From positions 184,016,001 to 184,080,000 of the forward strand of contig OZ024740.1 of the NCBI GenBank assembly GCA_964016885.1: a DNA stretch of 64,000 nucleotides. The letters are read 5' to 3'. The notes beneath the pieces are model-generated. The model made no database searches. It saw only the letters and a program-made list of their open reading frames with translations, and was not told the origin of the DNA. The first letter of the stretch is position 1. The number at the start of each line of letters is the position of its first letter. The translations under genes were made by a program, and so were the position numbers. Positions 1 to 13,560 of the stretch are shown in pieces. The DNA is from Eledone cirrhosa. Taxonomy: Eukaryota.

Positions 1-330
1 AGCCTGCTTTGCTCCATTTGCCATTGAAAACGGATCTGAAAGAATACGACCAAAAATATACTTATGGGCGGGTGGCTTTAATCAAATTCACAAACTTTTC
101 AGGCCAGCCAAAATCGTTCAACACCAATTAAAATGCAGTCCTATAAACAGTATCGAAAGCTTTGCTAAGATCTAAAAAGCAATGACAGCTGGCGGATAGT
201 AAAAATCATGTCAAATGTCCCGCAGAGGGGCGAAAACGACACTGTGATTCTGACACAACTCTTAGAACGATGAATGTGTGAAAAAGCTTTGAAAGAATAC
301 ACGAGAGTCCTTTCTAACAATAGATAACAA
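1..330 (-). mobile_element. Degenerate RTE-clade LINE reverse-transcriptase fragment, runs off window start
   Basis: Minus strand reads FSPLCGTFDMIFTIRQL, then after a frameshift FLDLSKAFDTV...FGWPEKFVNLIKA...SDPFSMANGAKQ. These are RT motifs typical of RTE/BovB-like elements, with stops. Confidence 0.7.
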
Positions 331-411
331 ATATATGCTACGAAAGATACCACATAAAGCCTTAGGAGCAGGCATATAAAGTGTATATATATATAAAGTG
401 TATATATATAT

Positions 412-3400
412 AGAGAGAGGTGAGTGATTTCTTTTCCTCTTCTGATAACTTTTCAGCACCAACATGGCTAATATAAGAATTGGATCTGTGAATGTACGCG
501 GCCTGGGGATGCCCTGGAAACAGGGCAAACTCTTAAACGACCTCAGGTCGCACAGCATGGATGTAGTTGCCATTTGCAAGTCCAGGATCCACAGCGAGCG
601 ACAACGGGACCACATCTTCGACGACTTTGAGATCTAACCATCTCTCTGTCAGCCGGGAGGTGGAGGTGGGGTTGCCGTTTTGCTGCGGAAACACCTGGAC
701 CTCGTAACACAGACGGTACATCTGGACTCGGAGGGTCGACTGGTAGTCCTAGACGTTGACGGTAATGAAGGTGGAGCATTCAGGCTGGTGGCCGCATATG
801 CCCCATCCGGGACACCGCGGCCAGACTTCTTCAAACGTCTAGAGACTTTTCTGTGAATGTCCCGCTCCCTGCTGTTAGTGGGGGACTGGAATGGAATCCT
901 AGATGCACGTTAGGACTATGCCGATAGAGGAGGGTGTAACAGCCTCAAACAGTTAATCGGCCGATTTGACCTGGCCGATAGATATCGACTAGATTTTCCA
1001 ACTGTGTCACTGTGGACGTGGACTAATCTCACGGAACATCTAGATCGTAACTAGATAGGGTTCTAGTTAGAAAGAAGGATAGGGACCTGTTTAGCTGTCC
1101 ACAAATGTTCATGGTTGCCTATTCAGATAACAAATTAGTGACCTGCTTAGTCAACCTTGACAAAACCCATAGACAGGGACCCAGCTACTGGAAGCTGAAC
1201 TTGTCGTTACTGACATGCAAAGCCTTCAGTAGACGGATTAGCACTTTAGTTAAGCACCACTTGACGGGGGCTATTGACAACAACATATGGTGGTACTCTC
1301 TCAAGAGGGCAGTTAGATTAGACTCGATAGGTTTTAGTAAAGAATTAGTGTGTTAGATAGAAATAAGACCGAAAAGGAACTGGTAGATAAAGTAGAAGAG
1401 GCACTTGGGAGTGGCAACATAGCCAGAGTGCTAGCGACGAGAACGGCCTTGGATCAGTTCTTCGACGCAAAGCATGAAGGTTACGTTGTCAGAAGAAGAA
1501 TACGTGCTCTGGGAAACGAGGGAGCCAAAGTTGTTAGCTGGGCCCGAGTGACGGAGGCGAAAAGTGGCAACAAGTCCACGATTCGGTCTTTGAAGGACCA
1601 AGACGGACGCGTGACACGTGATCCGAAGCAAATGTGCGCGGCCTTTCAGCGGCACTTTGCTCAACTGTTCGGTCAGGGCGGCGCGCCGGGAGGGGATATG
1701 GATTTCGATTCATACCTCGACGGCCTACCGCGACTCTCGGACAGCGAGGCGAAGTTCTGCGAAAGGTCGATTTCGGCCGCTGAGATAGGCGACGCGCTGA
1801 GCCAATGCGGCAAACGCAAATCTCCAGGTATCGACGGTCTACCCTACGAAGTTTACGTAGCAATCCCGGACTTGTTCTCCCGTCTCCTGGAAGCGGTCTG
1901 CTGCAACTGGCAGCAGAACGGGAGTATTCCCAGTTCTGTGACCAAGGGCGTAATTAGGTTAGTCAGGATGGACGATAAGAAGGGGGATGACATAGGCAAC
2001 TTCCGGCCCATAACTCTGCTCAGCACATACTTACAGATTTTGGCCAAGGTGTTGGCAAAGAGGCCGGCGCTTGTCGTCGAAAACCTGATGGGAGAAGCGC
2101 AGACATGCGAAATTCCGAACAAGTCCATACACGACAACCTCCACCTCTTGCGATACATCATAGAGAGGGTAGGGTGTGAACCCGGCTTCGGTGTCCCCCT
2201 GATCAACTTGGATAAGTCTAAGGCTTTCGATAGGGTTGACCATCGTTACCTGGATGTGGTGCTCGAGGCGGCAAGCTTCGGTCCCGTGTTCAGGGGCTGG
2301 ATTGCTGCAATGCACAACAGCAACAACTGCTCAAAAGTCAAGGTGAACGGCAACCTCTCGGAGCTGTTCCATATCACGCGATCCATCCGACAGGGATGCC
2401 CTCTCTCCTCCCTTCTGTACGTACTGTCTCTCGATCCACTACAGCGGAAGCTGGAGCTATTGCAGGGAATCCATTTGGAACCGGGACTGCGAAAAGGGGC
2501 GTCGGCCTACGCCGACGACTTGGCAGTAATGGTGTCGAGCACCTGGCAGATCGGGGAGATTGGCACCTTACTGGAAGAATACGAAAGTTTCAAAGGAGCG
2601 TAGCTGAACCGGGACAAATCCGTCGGTTTGCAACTCGGAACGTGGAGAGGCAAACCGATGCCTTCCGATGACGTCGTCGGACGCTGGACGGAAGGACCGG
2701 TAAAGCTGCTCGGGGTCTGGTTTGGTCCTGACCTCCAGGTGGAGAGGAACTGGAACGAGGTGACGGCCAAGGTGTTTGCGCTCACCCAGAAGTGGGCCGA
2801 GTGCAAACTATCTTTGAAAGGTCGAGCGGAGGTGGCGAACACTTTTATAGCGTCCGTCATCTACTACCGCTTGACCGTTGCGCCTTGTCCAGCCAAAACA
2901 CTCACCAAAATGGAGCGCGCGCTCTTCCAATTCAATTCCTTAGGAAGAAAAGGGTTCCTTTGGTGAGAAGATCCATCTGCTGCCAACACCATTCAAACGG
3001 AGGGCTGGGGATACCGCGGCCGACACGCGCTCAGGCTGCGGCACCTCCAGGTATTTCTCACCAGACAACCAGTGTGTGCCCCGTTCGTGAGGCGAGCCTT
3101 CCCACGACTCGTCTCGGTAACCGAGCTGCAGACCTGGGTCAAGCAAAGACCGAGGAAAATGGGCGACTGGCATATCGAATGTGCTCAGGGGCTCACTGTC
3201 CTCTGACAAACGGACCCGGCGATCAGTGGAGATTCCACTTCGACTTTCTATAGTGGGTTGGTCCGCAGCAAGAAAGACGACACGCTCGGAGAAACTCTAG
3301 GCGTAGAGGAGGACGAACTGGCCAGTCTGTTCGGTAGAACTTTCCGCCTGGGACCAATGGATATCTTCCAAAAGTCCCTGGCCTGGCAGTGCTACAGAGG

Positions 3401-4117
3401 AGCTCTACCAGTTCCAGACATGCTCTACAGAAACGGGCGCCCGGGTAGGGACCCTTCGAAAAAAGATCTGTCCGAGATGCGTGCGCGACGAGGAAGCCGT
3501 CCACACTCATTTGTACACTGCGCGGGCGTTACCGACCTGTGGGGCTATGTAAAACGACTATTGTCGCGGGTGGGACCAATCCAGTTGACCACAGAGTCCA
3601 TTGTCATCATCAAACCGCCACCTTCCATCAAAAACAAGGGAGAGGCGGTTTTCCTATGTGTTATGGCTATGGTGATAGAGCTTATATGGTGGACGAGCTT
3701 AAAAGGGCTGGGGACAGACACCTTTCTCTCCGGCGAGTAACTGATTCGTTTTTTCAAATATCATTTTGGAAGAAGAATCAGGATGGAGAGAGAGGTGCTG
3801 TACTCCAGCAAATTTTATAAAAGGTGGGTGAATGTGGCAAAGATGGCCCGAGTGGTTGGGCCTTCTCTCTATATAAGCCTGTAGGTTGAGGAAAATGAGG
3901 AAGAACCGGAAGGCAGTACTCACTCTTGGTGCTCCTGGAGATGAGGGTTGTACATTTTTTCGGGGTGTGTACAAACCCTGCGTAACACCTCACCCCATTG
4001 GGGATTTCAATTGTTATTTGTTATTGTATTAATAGTTTTATTTTAATATACCTGTATGTAAACTCCCCATTTGTATTTGCCCCCTTCTTTTGTGCCCTTG
4101 TGGCTAATAAAGAAATT
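412..4117 (+). mobile_element. Tx1/L1-like non-LTR retrotransposon copy A, 5'-truncated at the end of ORF1
   Basis: APE-RT-C-terminal ORF2, then a 3' UTR with AATAAA at 4106-4111 ending in (TA)n. Collinear with copies at 47.3-52.4 kb and 52.4-57.6 kb. Confidence 0.92.
464..3884 (+). pseudogene. Disrupted ORF2 (AP endonuclease + reverse transcriptase) of Tx1-like copy A
   Basis: Starts MANIRIGSVNVRGLG. Motifs GDWN, YSD, YWKLN, KSPGIDGLPYE, FRPITLL, LDKSKAFDRVDH, RQGCPLS, AYADD, KLLGVWF, LSLKGRA. Several stops and frameshifts. Confidence 0.92.
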
Positions 4118-4168
4118 TATATATATATAAGAGGGTGTTAAAGTTTGCTTGAAGCACTGTGAAATGTG

Positions 4169-4546
4169 TAAAATACGTAGTTAAGAAAGCCACAACAATG
4201 CGGAGGGACATCTCGAGGTAGGAAGTGAATGATAGATAGGAGAAACAGGTGAAAGTGAAAATTGAGAGAGACAAAGATGAAAACAAAACAAAGGTAGAAG
4301 GGTTACCGTAGTGGAGATTTATTCCCAATATTTCGGGCTCACGCCCATCAACGGATGGAACTTTCCCCCGTTGATGGGCGTGAGCCCGAAATATTGGGAT
4401 TAAATCTCCACTACGGTAACCCTTCTACCTTTGTTTTGTTTTCATCTTTGTCTCTCTCAATTTTCACTTTCACCTGTTTCTCCTATGTATCATTCACTTC
4501 CTACCTCGAGATTTCCCTCTGCATTGTTGTGGCTTTCTTAACTACG

Positions 4547-4553
<7 letters not shown>
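4169..4553. repeat. Near-perfect palindrome (arms 4169-4354 and 4368-4553, 13-nt spacer), PLE-terminus-like foldback
   Basis: Arms are reverse complements; ORF-track peptides 4104-4328(-) and 4355-(+) mirror each other. Flanked by (TA)n. Confidence 0.93.
4364..4399 (+). ncRNA. Minimal type I hammerhead-like motif with variant core (mirror copy on minus strand ~4323-4360)
   Basis: TCCC-CCGTTGA-T-GGGC(GTGA)GCCC-GAAA-TA-TT-GGGA: stem I, stem II hairpin, GAAA and a palindromic minimal stem III. Core differs from CTGATGA at two positions. Confidence 0.5.
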
Positions 4554-4634
<81 letters not shown>

Positions 4635-4708
4635 CAGAAATGGTCGCATTCTTTAAGGGTATGTCAATATGTATTTATAGAACTGATCTATATTATATTT
4701 TATCGTAT

Positions 4709-4764
4709 GTACCAGTAATGTACTGGGTAATTTTCTGGCCTTGTGCCAATAGTAGAAACAATTA
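4709..4764 (+). mobile_element. 5'-truncated 3' end of the tRNA-derived SINE with target-site duplication
   Basis: gtaccagtaatgtactgggtaatt...ccttgtgccaatagtagaaacaatta; ATTATATTTTATCGTATGTA is repeated on both sides. Confidence 0.8.
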
Positions 4765-4944
4765 TATTTTATCGTATGTATATGTATATATATGTATATG
4801 TGTATATGTATATATGTATATATATATATATATATATGCATATATATGTATATATATATGTATGTATATATATATATTATTTTTTATATATGTGTGTGTA
4901 TGTGTGTGTGTTTGTGTGTGTGTGTATGTGTGGGTGTTTGTATA

Positions 4945-5093
4945 AATGTAGTATAGTATATTTTATAATATACTGTATGTTTATTTAAAAACATCTCGAA
5001 GACCATTCGCTACGGACTTTTAAATAAACATACAGTATATTATCAAATATACTATACGTACATTCATATAAACAACGCTATTTCAGAGCACCA
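4945..5093. repeat. Foldback fragment of the 26-kb repeat family
   Basis: tatagtatattttataatatactgtatgtttatttaaaa is followed by its reverse complement; ends in cgctatttcagagcacca, the reverse complement of the unit start ggtgctctgaaatagcg. Confidence 0.8.
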
Positions 5094-5313
5094 ATAATAA
5101 TAATAATAATAATAATGATATATATATATATATATATTTGAGAAAAGAGTCGGAGTCCCGACGGCTAGAACCAAACAGTTTGTTTCTAGCTGTCGAAACG
5201 GCCGGAGCTCAGCCGTCGGTGTCCTGACTATTTTCCTATTATCCTGTCTACTACCCTAAGTATCGAGTGCTCTGGTGCGTTATAGTCCACCTGGTTCCTT
5301 ACCACACTTTTTT

Positions 5314-6188
<875 letters not shown>

Positions 6189-6211
6189 TATATACATATA
6201 TATAAATATAT

Positions 6212-6326
6212 ACACACTTCTCCGTATAAGACAAGAGCTGAAAAATATCTTTTAACATGTTAAAATATCCCCCACACACGTACAGACACATTCCTACTGA
6301 CCAACCCTCTACCACGAATTACTCTG

Positions 6327-6372
<46 letters not shown>

Positions 6373-6877
6373 TTATCTTAATAGGCATTTGAACCGTCAA
6401 CAGGCTGCGGTTCGCACACACATCCCTGCTGACCATTATCACAACAACGAACTTCTTTACTACTACTACACGCACACACACACACACACATATTTGTCTT
6501 GAAAGACTTATTTTTCAGTGACTTCTCAATCAGCCGAGACAAGCCTACATTTGGCGCAAAATCAATTTTTAACATTCACATGACCTCTACCGACCAATCA
6601 AAATTCTTTAGACCACAATAATTTTTTCATACATCTGGAGCCACTTTTTTTTACATAAAACAGCTAGAATTTTCAAATCTAATCAGATTAGAGCAAACAT
6701 CACGGACGCTCTATCTCAAAATTATTTTTGAAAAGCATTAGAAATGCGCAACCGGTAAAACTTAAAACCAAAACTGAATACTAACCAATACTATTACTAA
6801 TTTTTACTTATTCCTAATTAAACTATTTTTCACTGGGAACAATTTGGCAGCATTTTCTTTTCCTTTTACCAATATAT
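6212..6877 (+). repeat. 5' pseudo-LTR of the Penelope-like element
   Basis: Direct repeat of 11066-11750 (cttctccgtataagacaagag ... ccttttaccaatatat). Confidence 0.92.
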
Positions 6878-6939
6878 CATAACTCGTGTGTTACACCTCT
6901 ATTCTTTTAAATATCATATCCTCACACGAGATACAGAAA

Positions 6940-9900
6940 ATGCCAACAAAATCAGATACAACTCTTATCAACACAAATGAAGAGATTCTACAGGAACTCA
7001 AGAAAATCAACACCAACCTATCTGTGCTGGTCGACAAACTTGACTCCACAAATGAGGAAACCGTCACCGGATACAAACCCTCCGAAATCGACGATAACAT
7101 ACAAAACCTTTGCGATACTTTCCAAATAATGTTCACTACTACCAACCCAGGAAAAACCAACGAAGTACAATATGAGATTGATTCATACGAAATGAAAATT
7201 CGAACAATTCCAAAATGGAACAAATCCCTCAGAGACAGAAAGTTCTCATTCTGGAAGATGATACAAAATCACAACAAAGCGGAGATATATGAAAAATGGC
7301 TTAACTCAACCCCTCTAACTCTCCCCCGTAAAATACAAATAAAGTCCATTCCAAATGAACCTGAACCTCAAAGACACCTTAGGGAAAGAATGGCATTGGA
7401 AAAAATGAAGACAGAAATTGAACATCTTAAATTGAGGGCCCAGACAAATGAGGATTAAATCAAAACCATCGATGAAGAGATCCTCCTGGAAATCAACAAC
7501 AAAACTGAAGGCCCCAAGGTAGAGAAGATCTCTAAATTATGGAAAGGGGACTGCAACAGAGAAGAACTGAAATCCTTCAACGCTGGGAAAAAAGGGCCGC
7601 TTAGTTCCTACACTATGAATCGACTTTTCAAACGGATTACACCTCCAAAAACCCGTACATAAAAATAGGAAAACACATAACTGAACCGCACAACAACTTC
7701 GCAAACCCCCCAGCCACTAATAAAAGAAGAAGGAAGCACCACACCGAAGATGAACTTCCCAACCTCGCTACCATAAGAAGGAACAAAAACACTAGAAATC
7801 ATCTCCCCCAGAATGACATTTACAACTTTCCCCCTTCAAGGAGACACCATACCAAATCACTAAACTACTACGCGGATGCCTCATCGTCAAACATAGGGAA
7901 AAGATACCACCACCATGATAGATGTAACAACTACCCCGCTTCAAGGGGACAGCAAGGTAATTTAGATTTTCTCAACTCTCACTTCCACAATACACAACAA
8001 ACCCACACCACACGATACAACCAACAACGTAGGCTACCTATAACACCACAATCCAACATGGCACATAGAAACACACATCCATACTCGCAGTACAGGAACA
8101 CCCCATTCAATCTACAACCACGAACCCGAACCACATTTTACAACAACAAGGAATATGACAAACACAGGAGACCACTTAACATCAGCAGACAACCCCTCTA
8201 CACCAACCATTTTTTAGACACAGCACACAGATACAGGCAAACAAAATACCACAAGACGGAGGAGAAACCGAGAGTAATAAAAATTATCAATCTAACTAGT
8301 GCAGATCCAACACCCAACCTTATCAACTTACTCTCCAAAGGTCTTAAATTCACACCGACCCCACTACGTCCTAACTACTAGGAAATGAAGGAAGACATCA
8401 CAGACCTCTGTAGAAAGTTACGACTCAGTGAAGAACTATTCGACCAGTACAATGAAGATGAATCATTAGCCAGAAATAGAAGCAATTACACCCCATCAAA
8501 AGGTAGAATTAAAATCCTGGACCAATTCTGTGAATACATCACAATCTTCCCTTACCAACACTTGCACAAACAGAAACACAAGCCAAACCTCAACAAGAAA
8601 TAATGGGAAGAATTAAATAGATTAAAAACCGACAGAACCATTACAATTAAAGAGGCTGATAAAGGGAGTACAGTAGACCTAATGGAGACAGAATTCTCTA
8701 TCAACTTAGCGCTCTCCACTTTGGAAAACGAAACATACTACGAAAAGGCTGAACACTACAATCAACAGATAATTATGAGAAATCTAAAAACTCTGATCAA
8801 CCAATACAAAGAAAGACTCACTAACAAGGAATTCAGCTTCATCACAGACTTCACAAGTAAATCCAGCCTTTTCTACGGTATCCCTAAAGTAGATGAAAGC
8901 GAATTAATAAGTATGGCATGCAATGGAGCCACCGACATAGTCATCAATGTCCCCTCACCCAATGATCTCAAATTAAGACCTATAATAGCAGGCCCCACTT
9001 GCGAAACCCACCGCCTTAGCAACTTCATTGTTACCCTTCTCAAGCGTTTTCTCAAACACATCAAAAGCTATATAAGGGACGACCTAGATATTCTCAATCA
9101 CATCCCTAATATGCCCCTTTCTGAACAAACCCTACTAGTGACGTTCGATGTAGTCAACCTATACTCCAACATCCCCCACAATCTAGGAATAGAAGCTATC
9201 CAATTCTGGCTGGATAATTACCACAATTAACTCCCACAACGCATCAAAAAATAATTCGTGATAGAGAGACTCAAATTTATCTTGGAGAACAATTACTTCG
9301 TTTTCAATAACAAACCCTACAGGCAGAAATCTGGGACCGCTATGGGAACGAAAACAGCCTCCACTTATGCTAACCTAGTCATGGGATACCTGGAAATCAC
9401 CCTCTACACTAAAGTACTAAACAAATTTGGAAACACTCTCCACTTACACATAGAAAGGAACTGGAAGCGATATCTAGATGACTGCTTCATCCTTTGGAAC
9501 GAAAACATCGAGAAACTTAAAGAATTTCACACCCTTACAAATGGGCTCAACACGAATATTAACTTCACGATGGAATACAGCCATCAACAACCCCCCTTCC
9601 TCGACATCCTCATTAAGATCCATAACAAAAAAATCGAAACAGACATATACTACAAGCCCACAGTCTCCAAGCAATATCTTCCTTTCAACTCTTGCCACCC
9701 TAGATACGTTAAAATTAATATTCCCTACAACTTGGCCAAGAGAATCTGTACTATAGTCCTCAATAAAAACACCTGCTACTTACGGCTGCAGGAACTAAAG
9801 GACACACTCATAGGCAGGGACTACCCTGCATCACTAATTGACAATGGAATCCAACGTGCCCTAAAACTCAGTACCCAGGACCTTTGACACCCTAAAGTAA

Positions 9901-10525
9901 ATCAACCGAAACTAAAAGCTCTTCCATACATCTCCACACACAACCCCTCGACAATGAGGCCTTTGACACCATCCTCAAGAACATCCCTGTATTGAAAAAG
10001 GACCATAGAATGAACCAAATCCTACGAACACACGATATCATAAAGGGCAAAAGACAATCGAAGTCAATGAAAAACATCCTAACATATGCCAAAGTACTGC
10101 CAACCACAACAACGAAAACCACAGTAAAACAATGCGATAGACCCAATTGTGGCATATGCATCAACCTAATAGAGGGTTCGGAATTCTATTTCAAAGAAGG
10201 ACAACGTTTTATAGTAAAACACAATTTCACATGCGCATCAGAAAATCTAATATACGTATTAACTTGCTCAGGTTGTCGAGAACAACACATAGGCCAGACC
10301 AAAAACAGCCTCCGCAAACGCATGACTGTCCATAGATCCCAAATTAAAATACGGGAATACAGGAAAATACCACTGAGCGAACACATGTGCCGCCCAAAAT
10401 CCTCCCAATTTCAGAATCTTTCCCCTCTACAAATTTAAAGATAATGCCACCCACACCCAGCGCATCAGCAAGGAATCTCACTTTATTTACAAATACGGAC
10501 CCCGTCTAAACACTTCTCCCTAAGA
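6940..10525 (+). pseudogene. Disrupted PLE coding region: long N-terminal helical/low-complexity segment, RT, Zn-finger linker, GIY-YIG endonuclease
   Basis: ORF fragments 6886-7458, 8058-8381, 8385-8603, 8682-9230, 9258-9887 and 9992-10438 are broken by stops and frameshifts. Confidence 0.88.
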
Positions 10526-11065
10526 CGAACCCACAACATACACACGTCAACATACATACCTACATCAGCATACATCTCTATCCACATATAAACACACATG
10601 TTCGATGGTGCAACACAAATATACACAAATTTGCATACCTTTTGATGTCTATAGATATAAACGTGCCCACACACACACACATACATATACGCACACATGC
10701 ATTGCACACTGATGGGCACATAGATATTTGTACACAAGTATTCCAATACGGCAATGCCTAATGGATTTCCCTTGCAGTACGTACAATATGGACACTCACA
10801 CACACCTTGGTATTATGCCAATACTATATATCATTTCACACCTTTTATTATTAAGGTTTTTGATGTTCTATTGAGAGAATCGTTTTTACTGAAAATATCG
10901 AATAATGTACACCATTGTTACCAGTATCACAAACATATTGCCCCACCCCCCACACAGACATTCTCACACACACACACACATATATACACACACACACATA
11001 TATCTATACACACACTTACACACGCGTACAATAACTTACAAAGAGACATATACACACACACACAC

Positions 11066-11175
11066 ACACACTTCTCCGTATAAGACAAGAGCTGAAAAAT
11101 ATCTTTTAACATGTTAAAATATCCGCCACACACGTACAGACACATTCCTACTAACCACGAATTACTCTGCTACAC

Positions 11176-11253
<78 letters not shown>

Positions 11254-11741
11254 ACTTGTCTTAATAGGCATTTGAACTTTCAACAGGCTGCGGTTCGCAC
11301 AACATCCCTGCTGACCATTATCACAACAACGAACCTCTTTACTACTACTACACACACACACATCTATTTGTCCTGAAAGACTTATTTTTCAGTGACTTCT
11401 CAATCAGCCGAGACAAACCTACATTTGGCGCAAAATCAATTTTTAACATTCACATGACCTCTACCGACCAATCATAATTGTTTTGACCACAAGAATTTTT
11501 TCATACATCTGGAGCCACTTTTTTTACATAAAACAGGTAGAATTTCCAAAACTAATCAGATTAGAGCAAACATCACGGACGCTCTATCTCAAAATTATTT
11601 TTGAAAAGCATTAGAAATGCGCAACCGGTAAAACTTAAAACCAAAACTGAATACTAACCAATACTATTACTAATTTTTACTTATTCCTAATTAAACTATT
11701 TTTCACTGGGAACAATTTGGCAGCATTTTCTTTTCCTTTTA

Positions 11742-11750
<9 letters not shown>
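11066..11750 (+). repeat. 3' pseudo-LTR of the Penelope-like element
   Basis: Direct repeat of 6212-6877, ending in (TA)n. Confidence 0.92.
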
Positions 11751-11787
<37 letters not shown>

Positions 11788-11958
11788 CACGTGTAGCCGT
11801 CGCCTGCATTTTTCTCGAATGATAGGGGTAACATATTTCTCAATGATAAGGTTATTACCATGCAATACTAACTCATACTAAAAGGCAGGTTTTACATTTT
11901 AATGTCTTTCAATTTTTGGAATGGAATTATCATCTATATTATTTGTAATAATTATATC

Positions 11959-12146
11959 GGTGGATTGGCAGTATCGGTAGAGAGTCGGATGCCATGCTTT
12001 TCCAACATAGCTACGTCCCTTAACGATCTGAGTTCAAATCCGGCTGAGGTTGACTTTGCCTTTCATCCTTACGGGGGTCGATGAAATAAAGTACCAGTAA
12101 TGCACTGGATAATTGCTGGCCTTGTGCAAAAAAGTAGAAACAATTA
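11959..12146 (+). mobile_element. tRNA-derived SINE (~190 bp), full length
   Basis: A-box-like tggcagtatcgg, B box gagttcaaatcc, central gcctttcatccttacgggggtcgat (resembles Meta/MESC SINE domain), tail ccttgtgc..gtagaaacaatta. AATTATATC on both sides. Confidence 0.88.
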
Positions 12147-13388
12147 TATCTCTAATTAATTTGATTTCCTTGTCTTGAAAAGAAGAATATCCTATATCTT
12201 TTAAAGATAATATCAAGAAGTACACGGTGGCATAGGAAATAACTCATATTCAAAGAATTTATGTAAAATATTATGAAGAACGTACTTTAGTATAGACTCA
12301 GAATCATTCCTCACTGAAAAATTTAACCGGTTTGAAAATATACTCAAAGGGTTTTAATTTGATATAAAACTCAATGGTAATAAATAATTGTTTCCACTTT
12401 AGGCACAAGGCCAGCAATTAAAAAATAAAAAGCCTTTTGCTCACTTAATGTTGCAATGTATTTAGCAGATATTAGTTTTCGATTTGTTAAACATATAATA
12501 GTCGCAGGATTATTTCGTTTCTGTAATAATAGATCACTTAAATTCACTAGCACAGGATAGAGGAAAATCATTCTCTTGAAACTGCTGTAAACGATTGGAC
12601 AATTCATTCCTGATTTGCTGGAAAATATTTATTTGAGATGATTGCTATAGTAAAAACATAATCTACCAAAAGGTATAAATCCCTCACAAATTGGATGAAT
12701 TGTTACACTGAAATTGTAGTTGACCCAAAATATTCATTGGTTTCACTTGTAACTTTCTAAGGTGAAGTTTCTGTAATAGCTTTCATTTGTTAGAGAAATT
12801 GTTAGAGAAATCCAAAAGCAGTGTGGCGCATGAACAATACTTTCGTAAATCCGACATTTGCACGTAACTTTATTCTACGTCAGTTTTCGATTTTAGAATG
12901 GATTTAATACGATTTAGAAAGTTACATTATATTCCCCTTGATGGAACCGAATAAAACAATATTGCTCAACAATGTATAACGTGAATGCAATTTTCACATA
13001 TGTTGCTTATGATGACTTCATACATACAGTTAGCCGCATCAAACATTCAAATACCTAACCTATTAAATTATTACAATCTAATCACGTTTCTTTAAACAAT
13101 TGTATGCCGTGGAATCTTTGTCTAATATCAAGACAAAAAATACATTTCCACCACATAGTCGCACCAATATTTCATTAGTTATGAACAAAATATATTGTTG
13201 GAGAAAGATTTGGAAGGCAGAAATCGTTTTATGACTAAATAATTTTAGTTGTAAAAATGCTAATTTATTTGTAACATTAAATCCATCCTTTACACTATGT
13301 AAATCAAGGCAGCTTGTATTTAAAGTATAAAGTACTCAGGACGGCACCCGCATGACTTATTCAGGAGTCAAGAGTCGATGGATAAATA

Positions 13389-13560
13389 TAATTGTTTCTA
13401 CTTTAGGCACAAGGCCAGCAATTACCCAGTGCATTACTGGTACTTTATTTTATCGAACCCGTAAGGATGAAAGGCAAAGTCAACCTCGGCGGGATTTGAA
13501 CTCAGATCGTAAAGGGACGTAACTATGCTGGAAAGCATGGCGTCCGACCCTCTATCGATA
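13389..13560 (-). mobile_element. SINE, same family
   Basis: Reverse complement of the 11959-12146 consensus. Confidence 0.88.

Larger units (their letters stand above)
6212..11750 (+). mobile_element. Penelope-like retroelement (Neptune-like) with direct pseudo-LTRs, inactivated
   Basis: ~670-bp direct repeats flank an RT and a C-terminal GIY-YIG. Motifs KGLKFTPTP, IKEADKG, LRPII, FDVVNLY, GTAMGT, RYLDD, FLDI, CDRPNCGIC, NLIYVLTC..C..QHIGQT. Confidence 0.93.

Noticed and set aside
6680-6760. Hammerhead in the Neptune-like pseudo-LTR (CAGATTA...GAAATGCGCA)
   Set aside because: GAAA plus a palindrome is suggestive, but the core, the UH site and stem I do not fit in either copy.
11959-12050. 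tRNA genes at A/B-box motifs
   Set aside because: No cloverleaf; they are heads of multi-copy SINEs.
12480-12720. Minus-strand CEGFIPFGRLCFYYS, resembling a C-type lectin start
   Set aside because: A stop follows within a few codons and no further lectin motifs appear.
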